Positions 27,470 through 41,339 of a DNA stretch of 64,000 bases are shown piece by piece. Origin of the DNA: Ginglymostoma cirratum (Eukaryota); the NCBI GenBank assembly GCA_024137785.1, contig JAHRHZ010000099.1:12111872-12175871 (forward strand), read 5' to 3'. Both the position numbers and the translations under genes were made by a program. The notes under the pieces were generated by a model. That model saw only the letters and a list, made by a program, of their open reading frames with translations, did no database searches and was not told the origin of the DNA. Every line of letters begins with the position of its first letter. The first letter of the stretch is position 1.

Positions 27470-27815
27470 GAATATCCTGAGGGCGTGAAAGGTACTAACA
27501 AGAGAAGATAGGGTAGATAAACAATTTCCACTAGATGGGGATTCTGGAACTCGGGGATATCGTCTGATAATTAGGGTCAGTTCATTCAGAAGGGATGCTA
27601 GGAAGTCCTTCTATGCACAAAGGGTGGTAGAGTTTTGGAACTCTCTTCTACAAGCAGCAGTGAGTCTGGGTTAGTTGTTAATATTAAAATCTGAGACAGA
27701 TAAATTAAGTATTAAGGGATATTCACCAAAGGCAGTATATGGAGTTAGGCCACAGAATAGCAATGACTTCATTGAATAGTGGAGTAGACTCAAGGAGCTG
27801 AATGGCCTACTCCTT
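27470..27815 (+). mobile_element. CR1-type LINE 3' fragment
   Basis: Homologous to 16380-16645 (GGGGATTCT.GAACT.GGGG...GGAGTTA.GC...CTGAATGGCC). Confidence 0.7.
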
Positions 27816-28069
27816 CAGATGTGGTCAAGTGATGTTTCCTTATCTAAGTTTTTTTAACACAAATGTCCCAAGTTTTATTTTGAAATATAAAGTAAAATAC
27901 ACTGAAAGCTTGATGATTTTTAACTCAATTGCCCATGGGAATGTTTCATTATAAAGAATAACTGGCTTCAAATTTTTCAATGCTGCGTATGTAGCCACTG
28001 AAGCACGTGAGATGAAATCTAGATTGAAAGTTTCGATAAGAACAGGTTATGATGTGTAACTGCATGTCA

Positions 28070-28595
28070 CTGTAAAAAAGTTGTTGCTAAACTTGAAAGG
28101 GTTCAGAAAAGATTTACGAGGATGTTGCCAGAATTGGAGGGTTTGAGATATCGGGAGAGATTGAATAGACTGCGGCTTTTTACCCTGGAACATTGGAGGC
28201 TGAAAGCTGACATATAGAGATTTATAAAATCATGAGGGACATGGATAGGATGAATAGACAAGGTCCTTTTCCCAGGTAGGAGAGTCTAGAACTAGACGGC
28301 ATATGTTTAAGGTGAAACAGGAAAGATTTAAAAGGGTATCAGAGATAATAGGTACATGAGGGGCAACTTTTTCATGCGGAAGATAGTGTGTGTATGGAAT
28401 GTGCTGTCAGAAGAGGTAGGGGGTGCAGGTACAATTATAACATTTAAAAGGCATCGAGATAGATACATGAATTGAAAGGGCTTAGAGGGGCATGGGCAAA
28501 ATGCTGTCAAATGGGATCATCAGCTTAGGATATCTGGTCAGTGCAGACAAGTTGCACCAAAGGTCTGTTTGTGCACTGTATAACTCTATGATTCT
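28070..28595 (+). mobile_element. CR1 (HER1-like) LINE 3' fragment
   Basis: LERVQKRFTRMLPELEGLRYRERLNRL...; ends CTGTATAACTCTATGATTCT. Confidence 0.85.
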
Positions 28596-29514
28596 GGAAG
28601 CCAATCAAACAGACATATTAGGAGTGATGAAACCATTAATAAAGAAAGCATATTAGCTTAGGAAAGTGTCAAGTTAAAACTATTCGTCAACCACAGGCTT
28701 CAATGAGGAAAGAGAAGTATGTGTACGATATGTGATTACAGAACCAGATGAGGTGGAAGCACATATGATACTTTAAGGAGGTCTCCAGCAGCAGGTGGTA
28801 ATGGTGAAGGATGGCACTGAAGAGGGGAGTTCAAGTAGTCAAGTGGACCCTTTCTGAACTAAACTGTGTCTTTGCCAGAAATAAGCCTTCTGGAGATAGG
28901 AAGAGCCAAACAAAGCTTTAATCGTATGTGAACCACAAATTTAATTACGTGTAATAATTCTGCTTTCCTAGTTTAACCTCAATTCCCCTTCATGTTTGTG
29001 AACTTTATGCTAGTGTTATAAAGAAAATCTGCCTCGTGGTTTAAACTGTTATATTGTTTGCCCTTTGAGGAGAATGCACTAAATATTCACCCCTCAATTA
29101 ATGCCCAGATCTGGTTGCTTGGTTAATTGTTATTTGGGGAAACTTGCTATGTGCAATATTTTGTACATTACAATAGTGACTACAATTTCAAAGTAATTCA
29201 TTGGCTATAAACCAGTTTGGAATGCCCTCTGCAATGAAATATATTATATTCAAGTCTTTTTACCAAGGAATCAAAACATTGAACAGAATATATCCATTAA
29301 TCGTGCAATTAGAAAATCTAACTTTAAAGGATAATGCGTATTGTTTGCATAAGCATGACTAGTCACTAACAACAAATTTCATGTCACTGAAAGCTTTTAC
29401 CAAACTTTGAAGATCTGACAAACCCAAGGATAACACATCCACCCTGTTAGCTGTATTTTTGTATTCACATATTTATTTACCCATGTTTTAATTGATAATA
29501 TGAGACTTTCCAGA

Positions 29515-29880
29515 TTCAATGCTGAGGACTCTTAGAGTAATTCTCTCCCAATTGTGTATGCAGTGCCATTACCTCTGTAAGTCCGTTCTGCCAGTAGGAC
29601 AGCATGTATCCAGAGATGTGGTGGTGGTGCCTGGAATATTGTCTGCAAGGTATGATTCCACAAGTATTATATCTGGCTGTTGGCTGATTAGTCTGCAAAA
29701 TAGCTCCCTTGATTTTGACATTAGATTACAGTCATTGGCAAAAAGTATTTTGCAGACTTGATTGGGTTGCATTTGCCTTTGACATTTCCAATGCCTATGG
29801 TGATGCTGGGTTATCCATCTGGTTTCATTCCTTTGAGATGTTCTCATGATATGGATGCAACTTAATGTCTGCTGGGCCAT
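29515..29880 (-). mobile_element. LINE endonuclease (APE) remnant
   Basis: Minus ORF 29569..29880 ...ELFCRLISQQPDIILVESYL..., resembling the APE N-terminal motif; SINE fragment adjacent (29880-29975). Confidence 0.55.
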
Positions 29881-32800
29881 TTTAAAGTACTTTAAGAATT
29901 AGCCACATTGTTGCCATACCAGGTAAGTTTGGCAGAGTTCTTTCCCTCAAGGATATTAGTGAACCAGATGATTTTATTTTACGCTATTTCTAAAGAAATA
30001 GGAACTAATTGGTAAATGAATGTACATCCGAGGCACCATATGCTGCTGTAGTCAGGTGCTGAGTAACAATCTATCACTCCATCAGCCACATGGAGGGCTG
30101 TAAGAAATATACTCAATAAATCTCCAGCTTTTTGAGTCATGAAGTACAATTATTTTGAACATCTGGGAGCAAGAAGACAACACACTTATAAAACACTGGG
30201 AAAGACTGATGCATTTTATTTTCAAATAAAACAGATGCAGCAAACCAACAAAACTTGGTTCTTTAGAACCTTAGGGACCAACTTCCTTTGAGAGGTGTAA
30301 ATTCTTTTGGCTTCCATATTTCCCCAGGGCTGAGAGTTGACTATGATACAAGATCTCATAGGTTTAAACAGTTTCTTGAAATCATTTGGAGTTTACTATA
30401 TAACATTTAATAATCAATTATAAAGTAATTCTAGCATTACATTATTGTACAACGTAGATTCAGCATTTATCACCATGAGTTTAAACACCAATTTGAGAAA
30501 TATTTAGTACTTTATCTGTAAGTTGTACTTTCTACAATAGAGGAAAAAATTGCATCCTTTGACAATTAATGAATATCACAAGATTTCTTCATTATTCCAC
30601 AAGTGCACTCACTATTTTATGTAAGGTGCTAAAAAAATCTTTGTAAATTAACATGTTGGTAAGGTGGAAGCCATCTGCCTTGCAGCAAGTGTATCTCATT
30701 AAAATATTTTATTTTTGTTAAAAATGTAACAAGTGAACTTGTCTCCCACTGTTAAACTCATTAAAGAAAGCTGCCTGCATTGTACCTTTCATTCACAAGG
30801 TTTCATGTTTAGAATTAGGACTAGATTTATTGTCGTGTGTACTGAAGTATAGGAATACAGTGAAAAGTGTAGAAAGTCACCATTCTACAGCACCATAAAT
30901 ACTTTAAAATACAAAATATGTTTGTAGAGTAGTTATTCTGCTAGCACTGTGCCTCACTGAATATTACACATGCAGCTGTTGTCAATAAGTGCCTCCAGCC
31001 AATCTTCTGAATGTTCTTCCTGCAACTCCTACCCAGGCCTGAGAAATCTATAACGTGTAGCAACTTCCCTGCTTCAAAAATATACAGTTCAATCCATGTA
31101 GTATTAAACATAAATACTCTTATCAGTCTTGCACAATATTAATCTAAACTTCATGTGAATATCTAACCAACATAACCTAAGCTGGTAAGATTTGAACTTC
31201 AATAGGAGTAAATTTGTCTTTTTGGGTAAGCAAAATGTAGATAATGTTCGATCAACTGTCCATTATATAATTTCCCCTGATTTTCATTTTGTTTGAATTC
31301 AATGGGCTGAACTGACAGTGCGCCTTTTATACCATTGTCCGAAAGCCAGAGGATCAGAACTATGCTTTAGTTACTGGGCAGAATATGTGTTTGAATTTTA
31401 ACAAATGGATTGAATGAAATTAGGTGGAAAATAATTGCAGCATGGTGATATTAATAGCTGCACTCTATTTATGGCTCCAGCTCTTTTTATGCTTGCTCAG
31501 AGGGCTGTGCACTGAAGCAGCGTGCTTCTGCACTGTTTAATCAGCAGATTTTTAAAGGCTGATGGACTCAACGCAACTGAGGAAATAATCACAAAGAAGT
31601 GAAATATTCCACTTATATCTAAAGTCTCTCAAGAATTAGCTTTGCTGGACGGTGTGCAAGGAGTTTCCTTGGCGATCCCTTGTTTCACATCCTTTGCTTG
31701 AATTCTCAACACAAGGAAATAATTCTTCTGCCATAGTCTACATATTTTAGAATGTTACTCATTAGCGCATTTTAGTTGCTAACAGTGTTTTGTTAAGTGG
31801 GTACTTATTTTGAATCTCTGCTGCATCATAAATCTCTCATATCATTCAATGTATCCTGTATGGACTTTAAGAGGCATATTTAATTATGTTTCCTTCATGT
31901 TCAAATGTGAGTGTTTACTGACAAAACATTGATACAGTAACTATTGTATTGCAATGAGTGAGTATTAAGTAAGGCAGCTTCATGTGCTCCAACGTTCTAT
32001 GAGTTTACTTGACAGCTCTGGTAAGTTGTATACTTCTGAGTTTTACTTATGTATTATTTCATATATTTAATTCCCACTGGGCTGTAGGTCAACTCCTTAT
32101 GTGACAGATTGGTAGACATTGTTCACAGTGATATGGATGGTGCAGACTGTTTGATAAACAAGCAAAGCTAGTGGGTGAAGTGCAGGCCTTTATTTAGATG
32201 GTGGTTAAAACCCCTGCAGATGCTTTCTGTTTGTGTTATCGGTATATGATCAGCTTCCTTAAAGTTGAGTACCTGCCTGAAACGCAGACAGCTTCTCACG
32301 GGTCTTCTCGAGAAGAGTGTTGCTTTGATCTCAAACAGAAGCCTTTAAGAAGTCTGGCAGATTGAACTTTCATAGTGGAAGTTTCTAGTAAAAACAAAAA
32401 CTGTCAGAGTAGTTTCTTCCACCAGTGGGCTGACAAAATACCTCAGACATGAGACATTTAAATCAAAATTAGATTAACATCTTAAGTATACCTCTTGGGC
32501 TTCTAGTGTTATTGAAGGAAACATTACACGTTCAAGTTCTGTGCAAAGTTATTCTTTTTGATTTGAATTAAACTTGTTTCTTTGTCCTGAATCCAATTAG
32601 GCTAACACACAATGCCTGTAAATTAGGCAATGGAAATACGTTATAAAATTCCTTTGATCAAAATGCAGAGCTCTTAAAGCAGCTAATGCTGCTGTTGACT
32701 AAAAAACAGATGTAATACCAATATGTTAAGCAATTATATAACAATATCATACAGTGATATTTTTAGATTTATCTGTATAATACTCCATATATTGGCAACA

Positions 32801-33964
32801 ATTCCAGGTAGCATTATGGAATGAATTTTTCTGCTCCTACAGAGAGATTTTGGAAGCAGTACTGTGAGCAGAATAGGCAAAGATTGTGTCAGGTAGCTGA
32901 TCCTTCATGTTCCTGCGTCTGAACGACATTGACAGAAATGGAAGCGAAGCAGAGGCTACTTACGGCAGCAAATGGTAGCCAATTAGGCCTATTATTGGGT
33001 CAGTGTAGGGGGTGGGGAAGAGATGCTGATGCTACTAGGATCACTGTGACAGTGGCCAGGCCACCCACAGATGCCGGAGTTTATCATTTAACTAGAGGCA
33101 ACTTACCGGTATGCAGGGGTTGGCGTTCTGATACTTTATGCCTTCCCTCCATCACTCCAGTGCAGTCTGACTGGAATTTGATGTCTACAGCTATGATTTG
33201 AAATGAGGAGCTCCCACCAGAATATTGGTCTTGCATCTGTTGTCATGACGAATTTGTAAAAATTACAAACCTGGAGAGGATGCCACCATTCTGAGGAAAC
33301 TTTATGGTCCCTATCTGTCTCAACAATGTCACTACTGCATTTAGGGGTTGATAACTGGATGTCTCCCAGAGACATCTCTCCTGGGGATGGGACACCCTTC
33401 CCTCATGGTGATCCCCACTTCACTGGTTTGTCTGGGATCAGGGATCCCAGAAGCAGCTTCTTAATTGGCCATTTCTGGGATGATTGTGAGTGTCATACCA
33501 CAATGGCCATGTTTGGGTTTGAGGTAGAAGTCAGCAACATGAACCAACAGGAAAGATTTATTCCTTTATGAAGAGTGTGCAGATGAATGACAGAAAGTAT
33601 CAAGGTAAATTGAAGTCAAGCAGTTCAAACAATAATAATGCTGAAACTCAAGTTTAATTTCCAGCGCACAGGTTTGGTGAGTATTTTCCATCAATTACAT
33701 TTCATATCATTTCAAAAAACAAAGCAACACATACACATGATTTGAAAGGATATTACTGTGAGAACTGAGTGCTATTAGAAGTTAATCACTTGACAGGATT
33801 ACAGCCTGCACAATGTCATCACTTTATCCATGTTTGAGAAATTTTGAAATTGTGTGACTGAAAGAACGATTTCACAAAGTTGCTCTTTTGATTGTATATT
33901 GTGTGCTCACAAAGTAGCAGATGATCAGCATGTGTTATATTCAAAGAGTGGCAGGAATCCTTGT

Positions 33965-34880
33965 TAAAATAAATACACAAAGTGCTGTAAATACTTGGTA
34001 GGTCAGGCTGCCTCTCTAGAGGGAGAAATAGGACTAATGTTTCAAATTGATGACATCCTATGACCACTTGAAAAAACCTTGTTATATAAAAGGCTTACAC
34101 AGGCATAGAAACAGAGAAATGGCTGTTGGGAGAAAGGCAAAAGAGAAGGGTGAGATGGTGTGGAAGGCAGGAGGGAATAAATAACAAAAGGCATGTTGGC
34201 ACAAGATGAAAAGAGATAGAGATGGGACAAACTAAAACAAAAAACCAAAGATAGGTCTAGAGGAGATTTAAATGAGAATAATAGAACCATGTAACTGATT
34301 CTTTAAAAATTAGAGGTCAATATTGTTATTGGAAACTGTTGCATGTGGTGTTGAGTCCAGAAGGCTGAGAAGTGTCTAGTTAGAAGATGAGGGCATCATC
34401 ATAGAAACCCTACAGTGGGGAAGCAGGCCATTTGGCCCATCAACTCCACACCGACCCTCTGAAGAGCATCCTACCCAGACGCACGTTCCTACCCTATAAC
34501 TCTGCAATTCCCCTCAACTAGTCCACTGAGCCTGCAGCTATATGCAATTTAGCATGGCAAATCCACCTAACCTGCACATCTTTGGACTGTGGGAAGAAAC
34601 TGGAGCACCTGGTGGAAACTTACCTTGATACAGGAGAAAGTGTAAACTCCATACTCTCGAGGGTGGAATCTGGCACTGTGAGCCAGCAGTGCTAACCACT
34701 GAGCCACTGTGTCATCATGTTCCATTGAACTTCACTGGAACAGTGTAGATAATTGAGTACAGAGTGATGGGTATAGGAGCTGGGTGGACAATTAAAGTGA
34801 CAGACTACTAAAAATCTGGAATCATATTTGTGACGGAAATGAGTTGTTCTGCAAAATGGCTGCCCTTGGTCCTCTGGTTG
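33965..34880 (-). mobile_element. Penelope-like element 3' remnant (GIY-YIG C-terminus plus pLTR-like end), split by a SINE
   Basis: Minus strand reads VVCHFNCPPSSYTHHSVLNYLHCSSEVQ [SINE] LIF*LDTSQPSGLNTTCNSFQ*, then a pyrimidine-rich UTR and an end related to the palindromic elements. Confidence 0.65.
34398..34710 (-). mobile_element. HE1/V-SINE-like SINE
   Basis: Minus head CACAGTGGCTCAGTGGTTAGCACTGCTGGCTCACAG; CR1-like tail CTGTAGGGTTTCTATGA; flanked by CATCAT. Confidence 0.8.
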
Positions 34881-37371
34881 ACACTCTTCCACCAAACAAC
34901 ACTACCAAAGATAGTTCCTTTAGTCATTAATTCATTTATTGTTTGCGGAATTTTTTAATGAGCAAATTGTTTGCATTACCAAAGTGATTACGTGGCAAAT
35001 GTCATCAGTGGCGTTGAAGCATTTTGTGATGTTCTGAGGAAGTGATTAAGTGTTACATAACTGTGATTTTGCTTCGTCTCCTGACAAAAGTCCTACGGAT
35101 TTGCTTATATACCACTCGAAGAACATTGCTATCACCTAGCTCTCATGTATACAATAACCTCTTTTTCCTCCCTTCTGTTCAGAACATAAAGTTATAAAAA
35201 GAGAAGCTGACCGTACAGACAATTGAGCTATAGAAATAAAGAGCACTGAGTGTAAAACAAAGCAAGAGTAAAGAAGAATGGGCAAATAGTAAAAACAGTT
35301 TTAGACACTGCCATATAAATATAAAATACATAGAAGCAACCAAAATTAGTTACCTCTGATAATAATTAAAGTTCTGTGCAGTGTGTTATACATGTGGAGA
35401 AATTGCAACAATGTAATTGAGAATTCCAGTGAAATCAAGCTGATGGTGGAGATGAACGGTGCTGGGAACCAGGTAAGATGTAAATCCCATCAGGCAACTT
35501 CTGCGTTCATAGCTGCTACCTTCAGACCTTCCAATATAGTATTGACCATAGAGGAATTCTTATCTTCTGAACTATGTTTAGTGAAATGATTGGCCTAATC
35601 TTTAAGCACTAAAAAAAGTGTACATCTGCAACAATATATTCTATTCTGTCCTACCATATTGATAAGTGTTTAATGATCCACAGAGATCCCAATAGAAGAT
35701 GATCCTGATTGCTTAATTGATTACAAATCCATGAAAAGAGCTTAAGATTGCTGAGTGATCTTTCCAAAACCTCAGTCTATCACTTGCCCTACCAGAACTT
35801 GACCAATAAAGGGAATACAATTTGTGTCTTTGTGAGGTTGTGGGGAATTCAATCGGTTATCCTGCCTTTGTAAACTCGGTGAGGGTCATGGAAAAAGAAC
35901 ATGTAGAGATAGGAGTGGCTGACAGAATCCGCCTGGAGATTTTTATTTTGGGTGAGTGTTTGGAACAGGGGAAGTGACTGTTGGGATAACTGTGTGGTAG
36001 GAGCTGATCTATTTAGTTGAACACAATGTGCTCAAGCTTAGGCAGACTGTCTACTGAAAGACTGAAATGCAAAAATTCAGCCTCTTTTTTAAGAAATGGA
36101 TTCCTGGACTCACCTTAGAATTGAAACACCAGGATTGTGCTGTCAACATTTATAACTTGTCCTTGAAACTTTTGTATAGTTCTATTTTTATTTCTTCTTA
36201 TGCAACTGAAGGAATGTGCCAAACTCGGAAAGAAGGTGTTCATTCCATGGGATTATTGGTTTATAACTTTGATATGTTTATAAAAAGGATTTTTTTAAAG
36301 TTGGCACCTTTATAGGGCACGTGGCAGCTTTTTGAAACTCATTACCTTTGTTGATATGTAGCATCAACTTGTATGTTAACCAGATCATGTAACTTGGCTA
36401 ATTGTCTGGAACCTTGAGCAGCACATCACTAAAATGCTGGAGCTAAATCTCTTCACACAGGAATTTATTTTTGAAGTATAATTTTGCAGTGTGAATGAGA
36501 TCACTGTTTCCAAGAAATCAGAATGTCAGAACTCCTACCTCCTTCAGCCTACACTTCCTGAAAAAAGCATGTACGTTTTAACATGTGTGTTAGCCTGAAC
36601 TTACGACCTACTGAATTGCATTATTTTAATCTCTATTTTGTGATAGGGCTTAAAATGAATGTTGGCCATTCACTTAAATTACTCAAGATAACATCCATAC
36701 CATGTTGAGACTTTTATTATGCCAGGTGCAGGAGTCCTGCAAGAAGCCACTGGTGTGGGCTGGCATTAGTGAAAATGGGAATGTCATGAGTCACTTGTGC
36801 ATTTTCTTCTCTAGCATCAATATAGATAGCTCCATTATGAATTTCCCATTGATCTTATTAATCAAGAATCAGTTTTAGGAAGTCTCATAATTTTACCCGC
36901 AATGAGTTGACTGTTTTGTGATCCTGGCCAATTCTAAAAAATTGCAAGTGATTTGGAATCAGCAAATAACACTCTACACATTTGTTTGGAAGACATTACA
37001 AACTCAGGTCACAGAGAGTTGTGCTGTGCTTCTTTCAAAGGTCTTCAGATACAATAGCAACTTTAGTTAGCAAATGCAGTGTGATTGAAGTTCCCAAGGC
37101 ACTACACAAGAGCAAAGGGGCGGCTGGCAAAAAGCTTGGACAAAGAGGAAAATTTTAAGAGCGTATTAATAGAGAAATGTAGATGAAGAAGTGGAGGCTT
37201 TAAAGAGGGAATTCCAGAGCTTGGAGCCTTGGCAACTAAAGGAACGACCATCAGTGGGGGAGGAATTCAAACTGTGGACACTGAAGGGGCCAGAATTAGA
37301 GAGGCAACAGGATAAGAGAGGGTTGTGACTGACGCCATGTAGAGATTTGGAAACAGGGTAAGAATTTTAAA

Positions 37372-37596
37372 TAGAGATAACAAGGTGTAGAGCTGGATGA
37401 ACACAGCAGGCAAAGCAGCATCAGAGGAGCAGGAAGGCTGACGCCTTGGGCCTAGGCCCTTCTTCAGAAAATCAAGGTCTAGGCCCAAGGCATCAGCTTT
37501 CCTGTTCCTCTGATGCTGCTTGGCCTGCTGTGTTCATCCAGCTCTACACCTTGTTATCTCAGATTCTCCAGCATCTGAAGCTCCTACTATCTCTGA
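37372..37596. mobile_element. Penelope-derived palindromic element, family A, with 12-bp TSD
   Basis: ~90-bp inverted arms starting GAGATAACAAGGTGTAGAGCTGGATGAACACAGCAGG; AAGAATTTTAAA at 37360-37371 and 37597-37608. Confidence 0.85.
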
Positions 37597-38384
37597 AAGA
37601 ATTTTAAAATTGAAACTTTATTGAGGAGTCAGTGAACACCTTCTGTTTACATGATTTCTGATCCAGCACTAGTCTGACACAGACAGCTGTACTATCTATA
37701 CTTTCAATTGCAAGATAATATGGTAATATACCGATTCTCAATTTGTTGTCCTACCTGGGAGAGTAGTAGAGCTGTTTGTGACACACAAATGCACTTCAGC
37801 AGCCATAACTCATTTAGCAAACTCTCACCCACTGGAGGGGGTGGTTCAATCCTGTTACATGCACTTCTGTATAACGTTCTAAGCATAGCACACATAACTA
37901 TGCCATAGTGTAGTGAAAAGGCAGACATTCCAGACTCCTATGGATGAAGCTATGCTGCATACTATTAGGTCAAAGTATTTGAAATAAAGAACAAGTAGTT
38001 GCAGAATTATAAAGAAAACTTGGCAAGTAATAAATATCGTTTCCTGTGTGAGCTGTAAATACATGACTGTTTTTCCAATATCCCAGGTCAAATTAGTGGG
38101 AGAGATATTATGTTTAACCCTTTCTTTAATATAACCCTGTCTTTAAGCTTCAAGTAGCGGCACTTACTATCATGATACCACCCAACTAAAAGCTAAAGAT
38201 GATATAATTGATGTTTGCAATCATGTCACTCTCCAAATTTTGTTAAGTTTTGAGAGCAACAGGAGTAGATTAGACTAAGCAAAGACCTTATTGGTGAATT
38301 GCAGATTTATTGTATCAAATTACTTAAATTTTTCATGTATAATTAGTGTATTTGTAATTCTGCATTTATTTTTCTTTTAGTTGT

Positions 38385-38755
38385 TCACGAGATGCTGGTG
38401 GCACTAATTGGACCAATATCTAATGCCAATTCTAAGTGCCCTTGAGGAGGTCTTGGACTGCTGCTGTCTATGGTGATAGTGGTGGTGAGGGCGGGGGTGG
38501 GGGTGGTGGTGATTGGTGGTGTATAATACACAGTGTTGGTGGGAAAGGGAGTTTCTGGATTTTGGTTCAGTGACACTAAAGGAATGGTGAAGTAATTCCA
38601 AGTAAGGATTGTGTGTGGCTTGGGGAGGGTCGTGCAGATTGTGGTCTTCCCTGTGCTTCTAAGTGGTAAGAGGTCACGGATTTGTAAGTTGCTGTCGAAG
38701 AAAATGTGGTGAGTTGTTGCAGTGTATCTTGTAGATGATTGGCATGTCTGTCCCT
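38385..38755 (-). mobile_element. LINE 3' fragment (same family as 17335-18100)
   Basis: Shared GCCCTTGAG.AGGT, GGGAAAGGGAGTT and GCTGTC.AAG..A..TGGTGAGTT...GTAGATG blocks. Confidence 0.6.
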
Positions 38756-39699
38756 CGGAACCAAAGATAACTCTCGTCTGGTAGATCAACTCTCAGATGA
38801 GTGAGAAGCCCCATTTTGGATTCATAAGCTTTTGAATTTTTAAGCTTTTCTGTGGTGTGACAAATTGTTGCTGGGGTAAATGAAATTCACAAACTTGGTT
38901 TCGCTTCTTCTGCTGTCGCCATCCCACCTCAAGGTCAAGACAATGAGCTTTGAAGTGGCTTGTGCTTTGGTAGATCTGGAGGTGCCATGCCAAATGTGAG
39001 TAGTGCTCTCCTCTCAGTGAGTGGTGTCAACTTTTCCATGCTTTAGGACAACCTTGAACGTATCCTCATGCCTTTTCCTTTGGCTGCCATTTGAGCATTG
39101 ACCTATGCAAAATTGGGTGATGAGATTCTGTTGATGGAAGCAATTTTTGGGTATCTGGGCACAATGCCCCATCCATTAGAGTTGGTTCTTCAGGAGAAGA
39201 GCTTCGATACTGGCCAACACTGCTCATGGAAGATGCTCACTTTAGTCTGGTGTTTCTGAGGACAATTCACACTGCTGTAAGTGGTTAATAAGGCATGATC
39301 ATTTATATACTCAAAGGCAATTACTCATATAGTCCTATGGCTGTAATGTCCCAAATCCAGCAGCTTCAGGACTAGGCCGTTCCATATTTTGGATTTTACC
39401 AGGCTTTGGATTGCCAATTACCCAACAAGTATGAATCCACAATGAATTTCTGATCTGTGTTTGAAAATTGTTCATTCTCAGTAAAAGGTCCAATTCCCCA
39501 TTCCACAAATGAGCTAGTTCATGAAAAACACAGTCCAGTACAGTTGCTGCATCCAAGTAATGAATACTAATGGCCAGGGTAAATCATAGAAATGTTGCAA
39601 ATGTTGAGCAGTACTCAGAGAGAAAATTTAAGGTTTTGGACAATTCCGGACAGCCAGATTGGGGTACTTTACATTTACTAATTAAACTATTATCAAAAT

Positions 39700-39880
39700 C
39701 TGATGATACTCAACAACAGGTCAGGCTGCATTGGTGGAGAGAGAAATACATTTAACATTTCAATTTGCAGACTTTTGATCAGAACTCTGAAATATTAACT
39801 CCGTTTTCCTATTTCCACAAACATTGCCTGAACTGCTGAGTATTTTCTTGAATTTCTAGCATCAATTGTATTTTGATTTT
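39700..39880. mobile_element. Old Penelope-derived palindromic element
   Basis: Arms CAGGTCAGGCTGCATTGGTGGAGAG..TTAACATTTC / GAAATATTAA..TCCACAAACATTGCCTGAAC. Confidence 0.5.
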
Positions 39881-40498
39881 TTTATTCCTCGTATCTATTT
39901 ATTTGGATAGTTTAAACTCATGATTTTGTTTTTGGCTTAGCCATGTTCAGTCAAAAGTTTATGTTCAGTAAGTTGTCTCATATCTTTGGAATTGTAAATA
40001 CTTTGAACTAATAAGAGACGTTGAGAGTCAGATTCTGCTTTTATATGTCTTTTACTTTCATCCTTTTATAAACACAGCGTAAGAGAATGTTCAACAGATT
40101 CAAGAAAGTTATATTTGGATTGGAGTTGAGAAATTTGTATCAGCCTTTATCTTTGAATCTATTTTAGTTTACTCTGCAGAATTAACAGATGTGCATACTG
40201 CCTTGCTCAATGAAAAATACTTACTTCAGTCATTGCAACATCTGACTTAACAAAAAAAATTGGCCTGGATTTTCTGATAGCCAGATAACTGCGCAGCCTA
40301 TATAAGAGTTGTACATTGGAATCTGGTGGAATAAGGTGGGATAGGGTGTGGAGGTGGGTCTAGGTGGGATGCTCTTGTGAGGGTCAGTGTGGACTCAATT
40401 GGCCAAATGGGCTGCTTCCACACTGTAGGGATTCTATGATTCTACGACAACTGACTGTTTGCATTGACCATCCTTCATTAGCAGGGAAAAAGATAAAG

Positions 40499-40585
40499 AA
40501 AAACTGCAGATGCTGGAATCCAGGTAGACAAACAGGAGGCTGGAAGAACAGACTGTGTTCTTCCAGCCTCCTGTTTGTCTACCTT
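40499..40585. repeat. Perfect 29-bp inverted repeat in a Penelope-like remnant (third family)
   Basis: AGGTAGACAAACAGGAGGCTGGAAGAACA (40522-40550), GACTG spacer, reverse complement at 40556-40584; preceded by the AAAACTGCAGATGCTGGA motif shared with the other families. Confidence 0.8.
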
Positions 40586-41339
40586 CACTAAGAGGGACCT
40601 AGCAGATATAAAGTACAATTTAACATTTCTGAAGGCACTCTTTTCCCCTGGGAAATGTGGAGATCTTTCCCAACATAAAATGGAGTGGAGTGGCAATCCA
40701 CTGGCCCAGCATGGAAAATCCAACACATTGCAAACTTGAGCACTGGTGCAAATGAAGAATGATGGACCTGCTGAACCTTTCTCTAATGTGCCAGAGGAAG
40801 AGACAGCACCGAGGTAATTTTCCAACTATCTTACTAGTTGGTAGCCTTCCTGTTGGGAATATGTTTTATGACGTGACTACAAAAAAAAAATTGAAAAATC
40901 ACAGTGATTCCATCCAAATTTCTGAAGGCCCTGTTTGGTCAGAATGGAAAGTTAGAAAGCACATCTAATTATTGCCTACAAAGATCAACATTTCTCAAGC
41001 ATAAACATAATTCTGATTAAGTGAACTTCATCTAGGTCTCTGATATTAGATTACATTTGATTATACATACCCATTTATACTTCCATCATTTCCCAAGTGG
41101 CTTTGCCAGTAACGGAGGCATTAAATGCACACTTCCAGTTAATAGATTAAGACCCATGAAGGCATAGCTTAATTACAAGATAATATGTTTCTTTCAAAAC
41201 TTATGTTTGGGTGATTTCAGTGATGCACACCTTTCTATGCCAGTTGTGTCTCAGTTGAGCATATTCTCTCCATTGATTCAGAAGATTGCGAATGTAAATC
41301 TCATTTCATATCTTCAGCATAAAAATCAAGATTGACGCT

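Noticed and set aside
37372-37596. Hairpin elements read as MITEs, miRNA genes or CRISPR repeats
   Set aside because: Variable TSD length, asymmetric arms and hammerhead-like cores fit Penelope derivatives; no spacer array and a eukaryotic context
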